This document shows, in pieces, positions 40,401-52,400 of a stretch of 64,000 bases of DNA. How positions within the stretch are numbered: position 1 is the first letter of the stretch; each line of letters opens with the position of its first letter. The notes below the pieces were generated by a model that saw only the letters and a program-made list of their open reading frames with translations, made no database searches and was not told the DNA's origin. Origin of the DNA: Saccostrea echinata (Eukaryota); the NCBI RefSeq assembly GCF_033153115.1, contig NW_026889762.1, forward strand, positions 3,286,001 through 3,350,000, in the 5' to 3' direction. The position numbers were made by a program, and so were the translations under genes.

Positions 40401-43351
40401 CATCAGTAAATCATCTTAATATTCATCAGTAAGTCATCATCATCAGCAGTAAGTCATCATCAGCAGAAGGTCATCATCATCACTAAATCTTTTTAATCAT
40501 CATAAATAAGTTATCTTTTTTCATCATTTGTAAGTCATCTTCATTTGTCTTGAGGAAGGTATCTTTATTGTCATCACCAGTGAGTCATCTTCATTGCTGT
40601 CATCAATTAATCATCATCAATATCTTCTTTTTCATCAACACAAAAACATCATCATAGTCATCACGATTGTCACTTGATTATCTCTGACTCATGATGAAGA
40701 TAATCTTATTGTCATTTCTTGATACTTTTGTATCAGCTTTTCCATATCATTGCTAACATTCAATTGAGTGATTTATTAGAAGAGTTTTAAAGGTTTGATA
40801 ACACACTCTATTTGAATTAAAAGTTAGAAAAGTTGAAAAGGATTCAAATTTTCAACAAAAATACAGTATTGATGGGAGCTCTGTCTTTCTACTGAATACA
40901 TAAAACAATTATAACATTGGTGAGTTAAGTTGTCTTATTATCTTGTTGAATTATCTAGGTCATGGAGGGGACATCAATATCTGTGATGAGACAAAGATGA
41001 CCCCGCTGCACCGCACTGCTATGTCATCTATCGACACTCATCTGTTTAAGCTCCTGTGTGACAATGGAGCTAACATAAATGCTGTGGATGGTCGGGGAAA
41101 CTCACCACTGCTTGCAATGTGTGACGTTGTAGGGACAGATGATTACGATTTTTTTGAGGACTGGTCAACAACGAGTGATGACACGTATGAGGATAGCAGT
41201 GCCACCTTGTGTGTACAACATGATTTCCTGGATTATATGTTGTCACTGAAAAACATTCAGGTACTCAGAAAAATAGAAACTAACTTCAGGTGATATTGGT
41301 TGTTGAAGGTAATCCAACATTTATTGTGCAAGTTTTACAATATTCTATAACTTCAAAAATTTATTGCTGTGAACCATTTATATAATGTAATTGTATATTT
41401 ATACTGACTGTTCACTCAGTCAAGAAAACTGATAGTTGCAGATGGATTTCAAACTAACAAATCAAGTAAAAGTTGTCATGAATATTAGTTGGTGCACAGT
41501 AATGAAAGTTGGTTTATAGTAAATATCAATACTGCTGGAGTCTTAATACACAATTTTATGATGTGGAAAGCAACATTTTTGAACGATTATCTTAAAATTG
41601 AAAAAAAAAAATATGTAATCTATCAAAAAATCTTTGTGGAGGCCAAAGAAAAATTCTTTGGAGAAAATAAAAATTAAATGATTAAATGACAGAGTACTGT
41701 GAGAGGTAAAATATTGATGGCCAGATATGATTTTTCCTTCATTTAGTTTCTTGACATTATGAAGAAATGCATCAACGTATTTTATGGTCTAAAGTGTAAG
41801 GTAATCTGATCAATTTTCTAGGTAAACATAAGTAATAACCGTGGTCAGACAGCTCTGTTTCACTGTGTCCTGAGGGGGGATGTGCTGGCCTGTCAAAAAC
41901 TGCTAAAGGCAGGGGCGGATCCATCAATTAGAGGAACGGTGTGGGAAACCAGGAAACGCAAGAGGTGGGAAAAAATAAGTTTTCTTCAATAAGTTGCTTA
42001 GGGTTTTAAACTTATGTGTATGTACATATAGACAATTACATGAAATGTATAATGTACAATTTAGTGCAAATACGATAGCTTATTTCCAAATTTTCATGAT
42101 AGATTTACAGAACTAGTATATGCATGTATGAAAAATTTAGTTCAGTTATATTGTAGATAAGATCTTTTGCAATCTTTTTCTTTAACTTGGTGCTTAGATA
42201 TCACTCAGGATTCATATTATGTAATTGTTCTTTTCATATTTCAGGAAACTGTCTCCGATTTTTGTGTCATTTTTATCCATTCCTCTCCAAAGAGCACTTG
42301 GCTTCCAGAACACATATCACCTACTGGCTGGCGCTCCTCAACAGTACGCTCACTTAGTGGACGCAGGTAAGAAAGTACTTATCATTGAACACATATCATC
42401 TACTGGCCAGCGCTCCTCAACAGTACACTCACTTAGTGGACGCAGGTAAGAAAGTACTTATCATTGAACACATATCATCTACTAGCCATGCAGCGCTCCT
42501 CAACAGTACGCTCACTCAGAGGATAAAAAATTACTTATCATTGGGCATAATGTATATTGTACATACATGTATTGATTTGTCCAACTACAAGTACTTATTC
42601 AAATATTGATAGATTAATGGCATGAATTCAAAATTATTAAGAAGTTTTTTTTGTGTGAAAATAATGTAAATGGTACTAAACAACCTTTGGGTCAAAGAAA
42701 CCTGTTGCAGTTCTACAGCTGAGCATTTGGTACAATGTATTAGAATTGTCTCTAGAGAGAGGGAGTGGGGAACATCTGTAGCATTATGTAGGTCATTTAT
42801 ATAATTTAATGTAAATGTTACTTTTAACAGGTTACTTCAACAGGAAAGAGATCACAGAGGAAGTGAAAGAACTGCTAGACAACGAATTTCCAGAATTTGA
42901 ACACTTAAAAATAGTTTCTGACAAATTAGTGAGAATGATGTGTGGTCGAACCACAGCTGGACTAAGACAACTCGCAACACGGACAATCTTTAAACAAGTC
43001 TTCCTTCAAAGTACCAAATCTCTGGGAAAACTCCTGCCATCGACTTCAATAAAATCCTGTCTCAAGAATGCTGATCTCCGTCAGATGGATGTTTATGATG
43101 AGTACATCAATCTGGTTCTGAACCGGACAGTACTTCAGGCTCTGGTTGTTCGGCTGGGACTTCCCGGTGATTCTCTGGTGAACTTTGAGGTGGAGCTCTT
43201 CCTCCACCAGATGGCAAGTCGGTTCTCCGGATTTAAGGTGGTTCCCCCCGAGAGTCCGTACAGTGGTGAGAGTGGAGAGAGTTCTGTGTCAGATGACAGC
43301 GATTTGACCAGTAGCCAGGACGAGGGGGATTCTGACCTTGAGTATTGGTAA
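37462..43351 (+). CDS. Ankyrin-repeat protein, possible SOCS-box-like C-terminus and acidic tail, 528 aa
   Basis: Exons 37462-37594, 38772-38908, 39131-39237, 39760-39881, 40959-41260, 41822-41964, 42245-42366, 42831-43351. All GT-AG, phases consistent, 1587 nt. Ankyrin motifs RTPLF..LLVENGANVN, GKSPLEL, MTPLH..LLCDNGANINAVDGRGNSPL, GQTALF..LLKAGADPS. Confidence 0.88.
37990..38808 (+). repeat. Tandem array of acceptor site plus exon start (46-49-bp units, 16 decoys and the real exon)
   Basis: Units start at 38001, 38049, 38098, 38146, 38195, 38243, 38292, 38341, 38389, 38438, 38487, 38533, 38582, 38628, 38677, 38723; the real exon starts at 38772. Each is preceded by tacag. Confidence 0.95.
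39871..40660 (+). repeat. (CAT)n-CAGTAAGT array derived from an exon end plus donor
   Basis: The exon ends ttcatcatcatca|gtaagt and is followed by about a dozen cagtaagt copies plus variants, separated by (cat)n. Confidence 0.92.
42308..42543 (+). repeat. 79-bp tandem triplication of exon end plus donor
   Basis: Units at 42308, 42387, 42466; donors gcag|gtaaga at 42367 and 42446; third copy degenerate. Confidence 0.95.
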
Positions 43352-44405
43352 CCAAGAGTAATGTCCCTTCTGTATTTGTTCAGAAATGATAATTATACAC
43401 ATATTTCAAGAGCTACTGTGGCCATATATTTGAGTGTTAGGTAGTGTGCACATATATTATTCTCATATTTTTGCTTTATCTAGAATTTTGCTCTAAATAG
43501 TTCATGAGGAGTACATGATACTAAGTAACATTTAATTCTATGTAGTGTTTTTGACATAAACCGTTTGTGCTAAAGTAAACACTGCTTATTTCTAGATGGA
43601 TCAATTTATATACATGAACAAAGTGACAACTAACACAAGCATTGTCAGTGCTTTCTTACCCAAACATTCATAAATGCCATGATTTCACATTTTTATCTGT
43701 ACAGTTGCTATTTGATTGCTGTAATGTATTATATAATCAGAAATATTTGTTAGTGTGAGCTTTAAATCTTTGATGTATTATTTGATTATGACTTTAAATG
43801 TTGTGTAGAGTTATGGCCCTTTAATTGTAACAGTTTGTTTGAATGCCAGACATTTTCATTTTTGTTTATTCCCATATTTGTTAAGATGAGTGATTCTGTA
43901 ATTTGTTTTATATATATTAGCATTTAAGAATGATAAACGTAATGTTTTATACAACAGTGTGGCTCAAAAAAGAGGTCCCCCCTTTTTATGTGTATATGCA
44001 CATATATTATTATGTTCTCTAAAGTATTTTGTTTTTCCTGGCCTGTTGTGCTGAACATCTCTCATTTTTATCTGTCCATCGTTCTGCACTTGGTTTTTTT
44101 GTGGATGGTAATCAGGTTTTAGAGTCTATATTAGATATACAGTAATCCTTGTTCAAACAATATATGTATAATCATTTTGTACATATAATAGGAATTTTTT
44201 GAACTACTTCATCAGACTTAGACTGGAATGACATTTTCTGATGTTTTTAAATTCTACTTGTGCTTCACCTAGTAAAGAAACAATATATTCACATACATTG
44301 CATAGACTTAAAAAATATTGCCCATGTAAGATGATGCATGTACAAGGTTTTTTTTTCTTCTATGTTGCACTGTATGACTATGTACAGTGGCGGATCATAT
44401 TATTT

Positions 44406-44581
44406 CAGTGAAACCTGTCTAATCCGAAATGCAATGGGAGACTAAAGTTTTTGCTGAACAAACAGGGTGTTGGATTATACAGTGTAAAGAACATGAAAAA
44501 TAGTAAAATGGGAATGAAAATATTTGTTGAAGTTCATAGAGAAATGGATTGCACAGGTTTCAGACTAGACAGTTTTCACTG
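44406..44581. mobile_element. Short Tc1/mariner-type MITE
   Basis: cagtgaaacctgtcta ... tagacagttttcactg|ta. Confidence 0.65.
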
Positions 44582-46443
44582 TACAAACAAAATGATATAT
44601 GTAGCTCAATTGAAGTTTAATTTTGCACAGGTCTTACTAATTAGTATCATAAACCAAAAAAGATCAACATTCCATAAAACATCATTGTTAATTTTATTTC
44701 ATTAAATGTTTAGAACTGTCCTTAAGATCTGAGCTAAGAACCAGCTATGAAGTATGTTACAATGCTGAGATTCGCATTGTCTCTATTTACTGTATACTTG
44801 TATGTTCACTGTAATATGACTGCTCATTTTATGGAATTCTTAAACAAATCCATAAAGCTATGTAGCAAGGTACATTTAGGTATCTGTTATGTGTGAGAAA
44901 TGTATTTAAAATGCTTTCATTTTTTAGGCTAGATTATGAATCAGTTTATCTGCTCTTTATATGGAAATTTTTCTCCCAGTCTGTACATGTATATTAATCC
45001 ACAATATAACTGCTTCTTTATTGTGTCACTGTTCATTGGATAACTCCCAAACTTTGCATGTCAACAACAAAAGAAAAGTTAGGAATTGTATCCTTTTGGA
45101 TGACCTTGGCCTTAATATTTGACCTTGAGAAAAAAAATCTTTGTTGAAAAAAAAATCTGCAAGATAAATATAAAATTTCATAGAGATAAATTAAGAAAAG
45201 GTTTAACAGCTGGTTAAAATTAAAAATAACCTTCATTCCATTCAGTATCTTTTGATTTTAATAAACTTGGGATAAAAGCATGTTTCATTGTAATCAGTTA
45301 CTACTATTCTAAATCGTTTTTCATGTTGTATAACATCGATATTTTAATCCTCAAGTAAACATTATTTTTAATATTCAGTCTTTTTCATAACCAAGAATAT
45401 GATTTTTAATTTGATCTCCACTTTAAAATATGAAAAATATGTGTACCCATTTGCCATGTGTTTCAGAAATTGTTCAGACTTCTACAGTATTAAAATATAA
45501 CATAAACTATCCACACATCTGCACAATCCAACAGGAATTCGATATATTAGTTTATACTTTATATTTTTTATTCAAATCAAAATACATTTAAAAAAAAAAG
45601 AATTTGACATAGATCTTCTGTAACAAATCTATCATTAATAAGTATAAATTACTGGTATGATAAAATAATTTTTTCAAAGCAGCTTAGCTGAGCAAATATT
45701 ATCCCCCCTTTTTTAATTACCCTTTTAATGCTGGTTTTGTTTTTCCCGCTCTTATGTAGATGTTTGTTGTTTTTGTTTTACACTTTTGAATCTAGACATA
45801 TCAACTTCACAGTCTGACAAATGACAAACTTTGTTATATTTTGTTTACTTTTATTCCAAATGTAATTTTGTGCTAAGTAAATAATGATTTCAAGTTATTG
45901 TTTTGTTTTTCATACTACAAGTTCTAAAACAAAATATCAAAGCATATAATAAATGTTAACACAGTTACCATAAAAACCACAACTTGTGGATGGAAATTTC
46001 CTTATAAATTCAATACAAGTACAGTAAAATTTATTTAGTATGAATGGTGATGGGCAATCAGATTTTTTTTCATAGTTGATTATCCGAATAATCGGATGCA
46101 CTATAATTGATTGATTTCAAATATAAAATTTGTTGAGTTTTGAATGAAGAAAAACTTGGTAAAAAATTCATTGATGATTTCTAAAATGTACTTTTGATGT
46201 ATTTTGAATCATTGGATTCATTTATTAAATTATTACTTTGGATTTAGTTACATTCAAAGAAGAATGAATACAGAAATCATACTAGGAATAATTTGCTTTT
46301 ATTTAATAGATTGATTCATTATCAAAATTATAATCAATTATCTATAATCGGGGGCCATTTTGATTAGCTAATCAATTAATTGGTACACCAAGTAGGAACA
46401 TTGATATTGCAAATTTACAGTTCCTTGTGAAATTTTACAGCTA

Positions 46444-46621
46444 CAGTTGAACTTCGGTATCTCGTACATGGACATCTCGAATACCATGGATATGTCAAAG
46501 TGATTAGGTAGTCCTAACCACTTATTTTTTTAAGTTTTTTTTACCCTCAATGTCTCAAACCCCCGAATATCTCAAAGTTTTGTTTCAGTCCCTGCGAGTT
46601 CGAGATAAACAGGTTTGACTG
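46444..46621. mobile_element. Tc1/mariner-type MITE, copy of 36727-36902
   Basis: ta|cagttgaacttcggtatc...aggtttgactg|ta. Confidence 0.8.
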
Positions 46622-47368
46622 TATAACAAACTTGAGTTATAATGAATTTATGGATATAAAGGTATTGATTTTTTATCCTGTTGAGGTAAAAAATAATGAA
46701 GTTTACATCTTTTCCAAATTTTTGAATTCAAAAACCATTGTTTACATTCTAGAATTTTTAGCTGCAGGGCACATGATGTGGTGAAAAAATGGTTAACAGT
46801 GATGTTTTTGGTAAAACAATTTTATTTGACATTACAAACAACATTACATAACATTCACAATCTTCAGAACTTTGTTCTAGCAATTAAAAATGTTTTGTAC
46901 AAGATATAGTTTGCAGGTCACAGTTAGAAATAATGTCTTTACAATGATCAGAACGAAAGATGCACCAATTTACTTAGAGATACAATCAGAATGAAAGATG
47001 CACCAATTTACTTAGAGATACAAACAACTGCAACTTACATAAGGGGAGCACTGCTTGAACTAGGACTTGCATAATTTTGTACATATAAAATATTATTTTA
47101 TGTAATTTAGAACAAATCTCTGTCAGATACAAGATTGCCTACCTCATGTTGTCTACAAATATATATTATGAATGTACCTATAAAGCCTTAAAATTATAGA
47201 TTCTTTAATCACAATCAAAACAATGTTTACATTTTATAATTGACCAAGATTTAAATCAAGGTAAATTTTTTTTTAATGTGTCAAGAGCAGTATAAATCAA
47301 GTTCTCTTTACTGACATGAAAGATTAAAGAAAAATCATATTACTTTTTGAGAATCATTCATACAAAAA

Positions 47369-48409
47369 CAGGGTTCTCCATCATTTCAAATTTAACTGTG
47401 GTGCAAGACTTATGCGAAGTGCTAATATTTTCGTTCAATTTGCGACCGAATTCGCGAAGGAAGCACGAAATTAAAAATTAAAAACACACAACCCCAATGA
47501 ATCAATAGTTTAATATACAAATGATATTTATTATTTGGCATTATTATTATTATTAAATTTAATAATAAATGTAATTAAACGATATCGATTAAACATAGTG
47601 TAAAACAAAAATTAGGATGTTCCCAAAATTTATAATGCATACTGTGAAAAAGCCCCCCCCCCCTTTCCAAACACATACGTACTTATAAATAAACAAATAT
47701 TACCTTATAAATCTGAAAATAAAAGTACCAGTAACAACAAGCTCAAAGCATTAAACCCTCTTTAAAAAAAGTTTACAGAAGTAAATTATATAGTGTTCAT
47801 TAGAGAACAGAGGAAATTCTGGTAAGTTACACAATCACTCTAACATCTATATAAATTTGCAATTCTCAGTCTGAAGACTGAAATATCTTAAAATTTGTGA
47901 ATTAAAAAATACTTAAGCAGCAGTTCAGAGTCATAAAATAATATTTTGTTGGATCTCTCGTTAATTTTTCAACATTGCAAAAATACATATTACGATAAAC
48001 GTGCGATGTTTGACACACAGACGTGGTTATCTGTAGAAGTATTGAAACATAAGTTAATTAATATTCAAAAATTTCATTTACAATTAACGTGAAATGTGTG
48101 GAAAAAATGGCTTGTTTCTTTTCATTCAAGTGTCCAGCGAGGTCTAGAAGATAATTGCTTGTGCAAGCCAAACAATGGGCCCTAATTAGAGTAAATTAAC
48201 GGTTTAGCATTAGAAACTGAAAAACGGTACATAATTTGAAGGATTATTTGGTTTATAAATTTATATAGCTATCTTACTGACGAGGACGATCTTACTGTGG
48301 CGCTAATATTTTAACTGTGGCGGAACTATGGCGCTGATTTTTTAACTGTGGCGCAAAGGAATTTAACTATGGCGGGGCCGCCACGTTCAACGGCCCATGG
48401 AGAACCCCG
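47369..48409. mobile_element. Non-autonomous hAT-like element
   Basis: TIR cagggttctccat / atggagaaccccg, flanked by aaaaa on both sides; subterminal actgtggcg repeats. Confidence 0.65.
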
Positions 48410-48577
48410 AAAAAAAACCTGAATTATGAATCGTAAAACAACCATTACTCCAAAATCAGATCAATTTATTTACATAAAATGTAATTACCCGGAATGCAAT
48501 ACAATAATATTCTGAGCTGTAGACCTATACGCATTTGCATGTGGTAGTTATTCACACAAGGCTTTGGAAATTTAATA

Positions 48578-48792
48578 CTGTAGATCACCCAATTTTCAAA
48601 CCACCACCTTATTTTTGCAAGAAAGTCATACAGTATTTTTTTATTGAGACAAACTTGTAATAAATTCAGCTTATCATGCTTATTGTTTAATCCTTCATAA
48701 TAAAACATATGCGAAAATGAAATTTTTGCAAGAAGACAGTCTCACCTAATTACGCGAAAATAAAGTTCTTGGGAATAAAAAGTGATTTACAG
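48578..48792. mobile_element. Short degenerate MITE with TA TSD
   Basis: ta|ctgtagatcac ... gtgatttacag|ta. Confidence 0.55.
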
Positions 48793-49418
48793 TAGAAGAT
48801 ATCTATTTTTACACATTTATATTATACCATTAAGACAATGCATCAGCCTTCCATTATGGTACAATTTACATTTTCTTGAACATTGTTGAAATGCCTTTAC
48901 ATAAATGTACATTGTACATGTACACAGGCCTTAAACTGACAACAACACACACATAATACCCCACCCACATTCAGGTCCTTCATTTCTCCATAACATTTGG
49001 CATACATGTATAAGAAGGTCACACATGCACTGCACTTGACATACATCCAAAATCTTATGCACTAATTAGTTAATGATTTTTACACATATGCCTTTTCTGT
49101 ATCTTACCCTCATGTTAGCACTTTACAAACCACTTTACAAACCAAACACAATCCATCCCTAATCTTACACTAGTATTGATCAAGCTGAAGTGTAAGCATA
49201 GAAATAACATATCTTTATTCCCTATATTTATCTACATCAGGCACTCCTTGAATGACTCTCGCTCTCTTAGTATCCATCTGTGATAGCTGTGGGTAAGTAT
49301 CCATGATCTTTGTCATAAATTCTTTGATTCTCGTCTCTATTTACACCTCAATTCCAACTCTCTCTCTAAATTCCTAGATCCACTCCATTTATTTACACTC
49401 TAGATCTTCCCACCAATA

Positions 49419-52400
49419 CTACCTAAGTGAGGGTAGATTTATAGTTATGATGGACTCCGAGTCAGTTCCACATAAGAGAGTCTGTGATTCAATGTCTATG
49501 GAGTTTACAGGGAGAATGTTGTCGTCGATTAGAGAATTGATCTCCATTTTACTGTTGTCTGTACACAGCCACTTGTTAACTGTCTCACTTCCTCCAAACT
49601 GGAATGAGGGATTAACGGAGAAATTCGCTCCACCAGAACCAGCACCTGTCACATAGAACAATATTGTTATGACCTCCACTACTGTGTATGTGTGTTTTTT
49701 TTTATGTACTTAATAGGAATTTTTGCATTTTGGTATTCCTACTCATCACATATCATCAAATAGATACAAGAATCTTTTAAGGCATGCAAACATTCTCCAA
49801 CTTCTTTAAAACATGCAAACACTTCTGATGTTTGTGTCATGTATTTTTAATATAATAAAAGCACAAGCAGCATATATGTTGTTTTTTTTTTGTTGTTGTT
49901 AATATTGCACTTTAAATCTAATATCTTTAACTACTTCTTGTATAACATTGAAAAAAAAACAACTCTGGAATTATCCGATTATTTTTTTGGATTCCTCACA
50001 CCACATACTCCCCCAAAGCTTTACATGTTTGTCCAGAATCATCAGTTACACCAGAAAACCATTACATACCTGTACCTGTGAGTTGTGTTTGTACCATGTG
50101 ACTAGAACCAACCAATGAGGAGTCCCAGTGCCACACAGCGCCATCTTCTGAGCAAGTGAACAGGTGGTCTGAGTTTGTCTTGTGGAATTTGACTTCCCAC
50201 ACTACAAGTATATAAGTATCAATCGTTAATGTATTAAATGTGCAGATGTAAAAAAAACAAGAGGCCCACAGGCCACAGTTTGTCATGCGAGTCACATTTC
50301 TCTTCCTGACAAAAAAAATATGCTAATAACTGAAAGACATTCACTCATAAAAGTTTTTTTTTAAGGATAATGATTTGCAAAAAGGAAATCTAAATTTTGA
50401 TTAAAATTTGAACAATTTTAGCATACTTTGTTGTGCAACATTTGTCAGAAAATCATTTAACTTGACATTTATAAAGAGTAACAGTAACTTATCCATTTGA
50501 GTTACTCTCTTATCAGAGGGATTTACAGAACATTTAAATTTAAACTCTCCAAACTGCTACTCACTGGGACCACTGTGGGCCTCTAGGAGAGAGACGGGGG
50601 ATCCCTCCTGTCTAAGATCCCAGATCCCCAGCACCCCATCACGACTTCCTGTGGCCACAATGTGGGGCTGTCCTGGGTGTCTGTCCACACAGTGCAAAGA
50701 GGTCAACTCCCCACTCCTAAAATAGTATGGATTCATTAACTCATGAGAAGATCACCTCAAAACACACAAAAGTTGTGTCTTAAGTGACATAATGTGATTT
50801 CATTATACAGATAGTCACATGCTATAGTTTCCTGTAGATGTACATGTATCATTATTTACTACTGTTGTAAATCTGTTTCACTTAAAAATTGCCAAACTAT
50901 TTAGATAGTGAAATCCATCTGTAATCATGGTAATGTATAGTCTGGTTCTAACAATGAATGTTATTACACAGAATCATAAAAGAGAGGTCACCTTTACACC
51001 AATTAGTCTGTGTACTTACACTGAGAGGGTCTGTGAGGGGGCATCTGAATTCGATCGGAGGTCAAAGGTCTTCAGTTGCCCTGACGAGTTGACAGTTATG
51101 ATTTCTGTGTGTTTCAGGAATATAACATTGTTGATAGTTGAACTGTCTGCTTTTTCTGAAGGAAAGAGAATCTTCGTTAAATTGATGCACTTTTTGAACA
51201 GCTTTGTTTGGTTAATATACATATTTATTACCTATGACTCGTTGAGGTGTCTTCTATTAGTTTTACTTACCTATGACTCATTGAGGTGACTTCTGTTTGT
51301 TTCACTAATTTATGACTCATTGAGGTGACGTTCTGTTAGTATTACATACCTATGACTCGTTGAGGTGACTTCTGTTAGTATTACATACCTATGACTCGAT
51401 GAGGTGACTTCTGTTTGTTTTACTTACTTATGACTCGTTGAGGTGACTTCTATTAGTTTTACTTACCTATGACTCGTTGAGGTGACTTTTGTTCTGCATT
51501 AAGTATCACAAGTCTCCCATCTTCTCCTGAGGTGACTATAGTTTTATCTCGCACAGCTAGACATGTGCAGGGACATAAATGGTTGCCATGGTGATGAAGC
51601 TTCTCCCACTTATTTGTTATTCCTAATGTCTAAAACATTATACACAACAAATTAATCGTAGAATGAACTAAAAACTGAGCATTGGAGGATTAGGAGAAAA
51701 AAAATGGGCTAACACTAGTTTCCTCTTTCACGTTTAACTTTGATAGACTGTATAATTTAAAATGGTGTAGCATTATTATTTCTTCTCTTATACACTGTAA
51801 TTGCAGCGTTCTTTCTTCCTTACACAACTGGTTCTGATAAACGCACAGGCGCTTGACGTTTTTAACCTTTCTTTCCATAAATAAAAAATCCCCCATACTA
51901 TAATAATAACAAGGTTCGTCACAGTCGCCATCTTGAATTTTTCAGTTCAGCTACTCCGCCTCGATTTTTAGTCTACAATGTGTTTAAAATTAACGGATAC
52001 AACCGTTTCCCTCAAGTACTTACTTTAACTATGCCTCCACTTTCGGGCAATTCAACTCAAATCACATTAAATCCTCTCTAATTCTTAAAATGTCGCTTCA
52101 AACTCAGTCTACTGCTACCGATTCCGTGAAACTTAGAAAAGGGAGGCCGGAAGTTGATGTTGTTATGTAAATGGGAATTCCCTCTACTTTAATTTCATTG
52201 GTTAAAAGAAATATGACGTTTCGCGGGAAAATTCATGCAAAGACAGTAACAAACTTTTTCGACATGTTGAATGCTGAGCAGGCCGATTGCTTTCCATAAA
52301 CATCAGAAATAATATGTGAAACATTTTTTTTCTTTTATTTTGTTGAAGAAAAAATCAATTATTCTTGGTCCTGGAATTCTGGTTACTAATTTCTCATGTA

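Noticed and set aside
41251-41975. Weak echoes near other ankyrin donors (ttcaggt at 41256 and 41286; gtgggaaa at 41941 and 41965)
   Set aside because: 7-8 nt matches are expected by chance.
46940-47025. Short two-copy duplications (about 40 bp here, 21 bp at ~36950)
   Set aside because: Ordinary slippage duplications not tied to any splice site.
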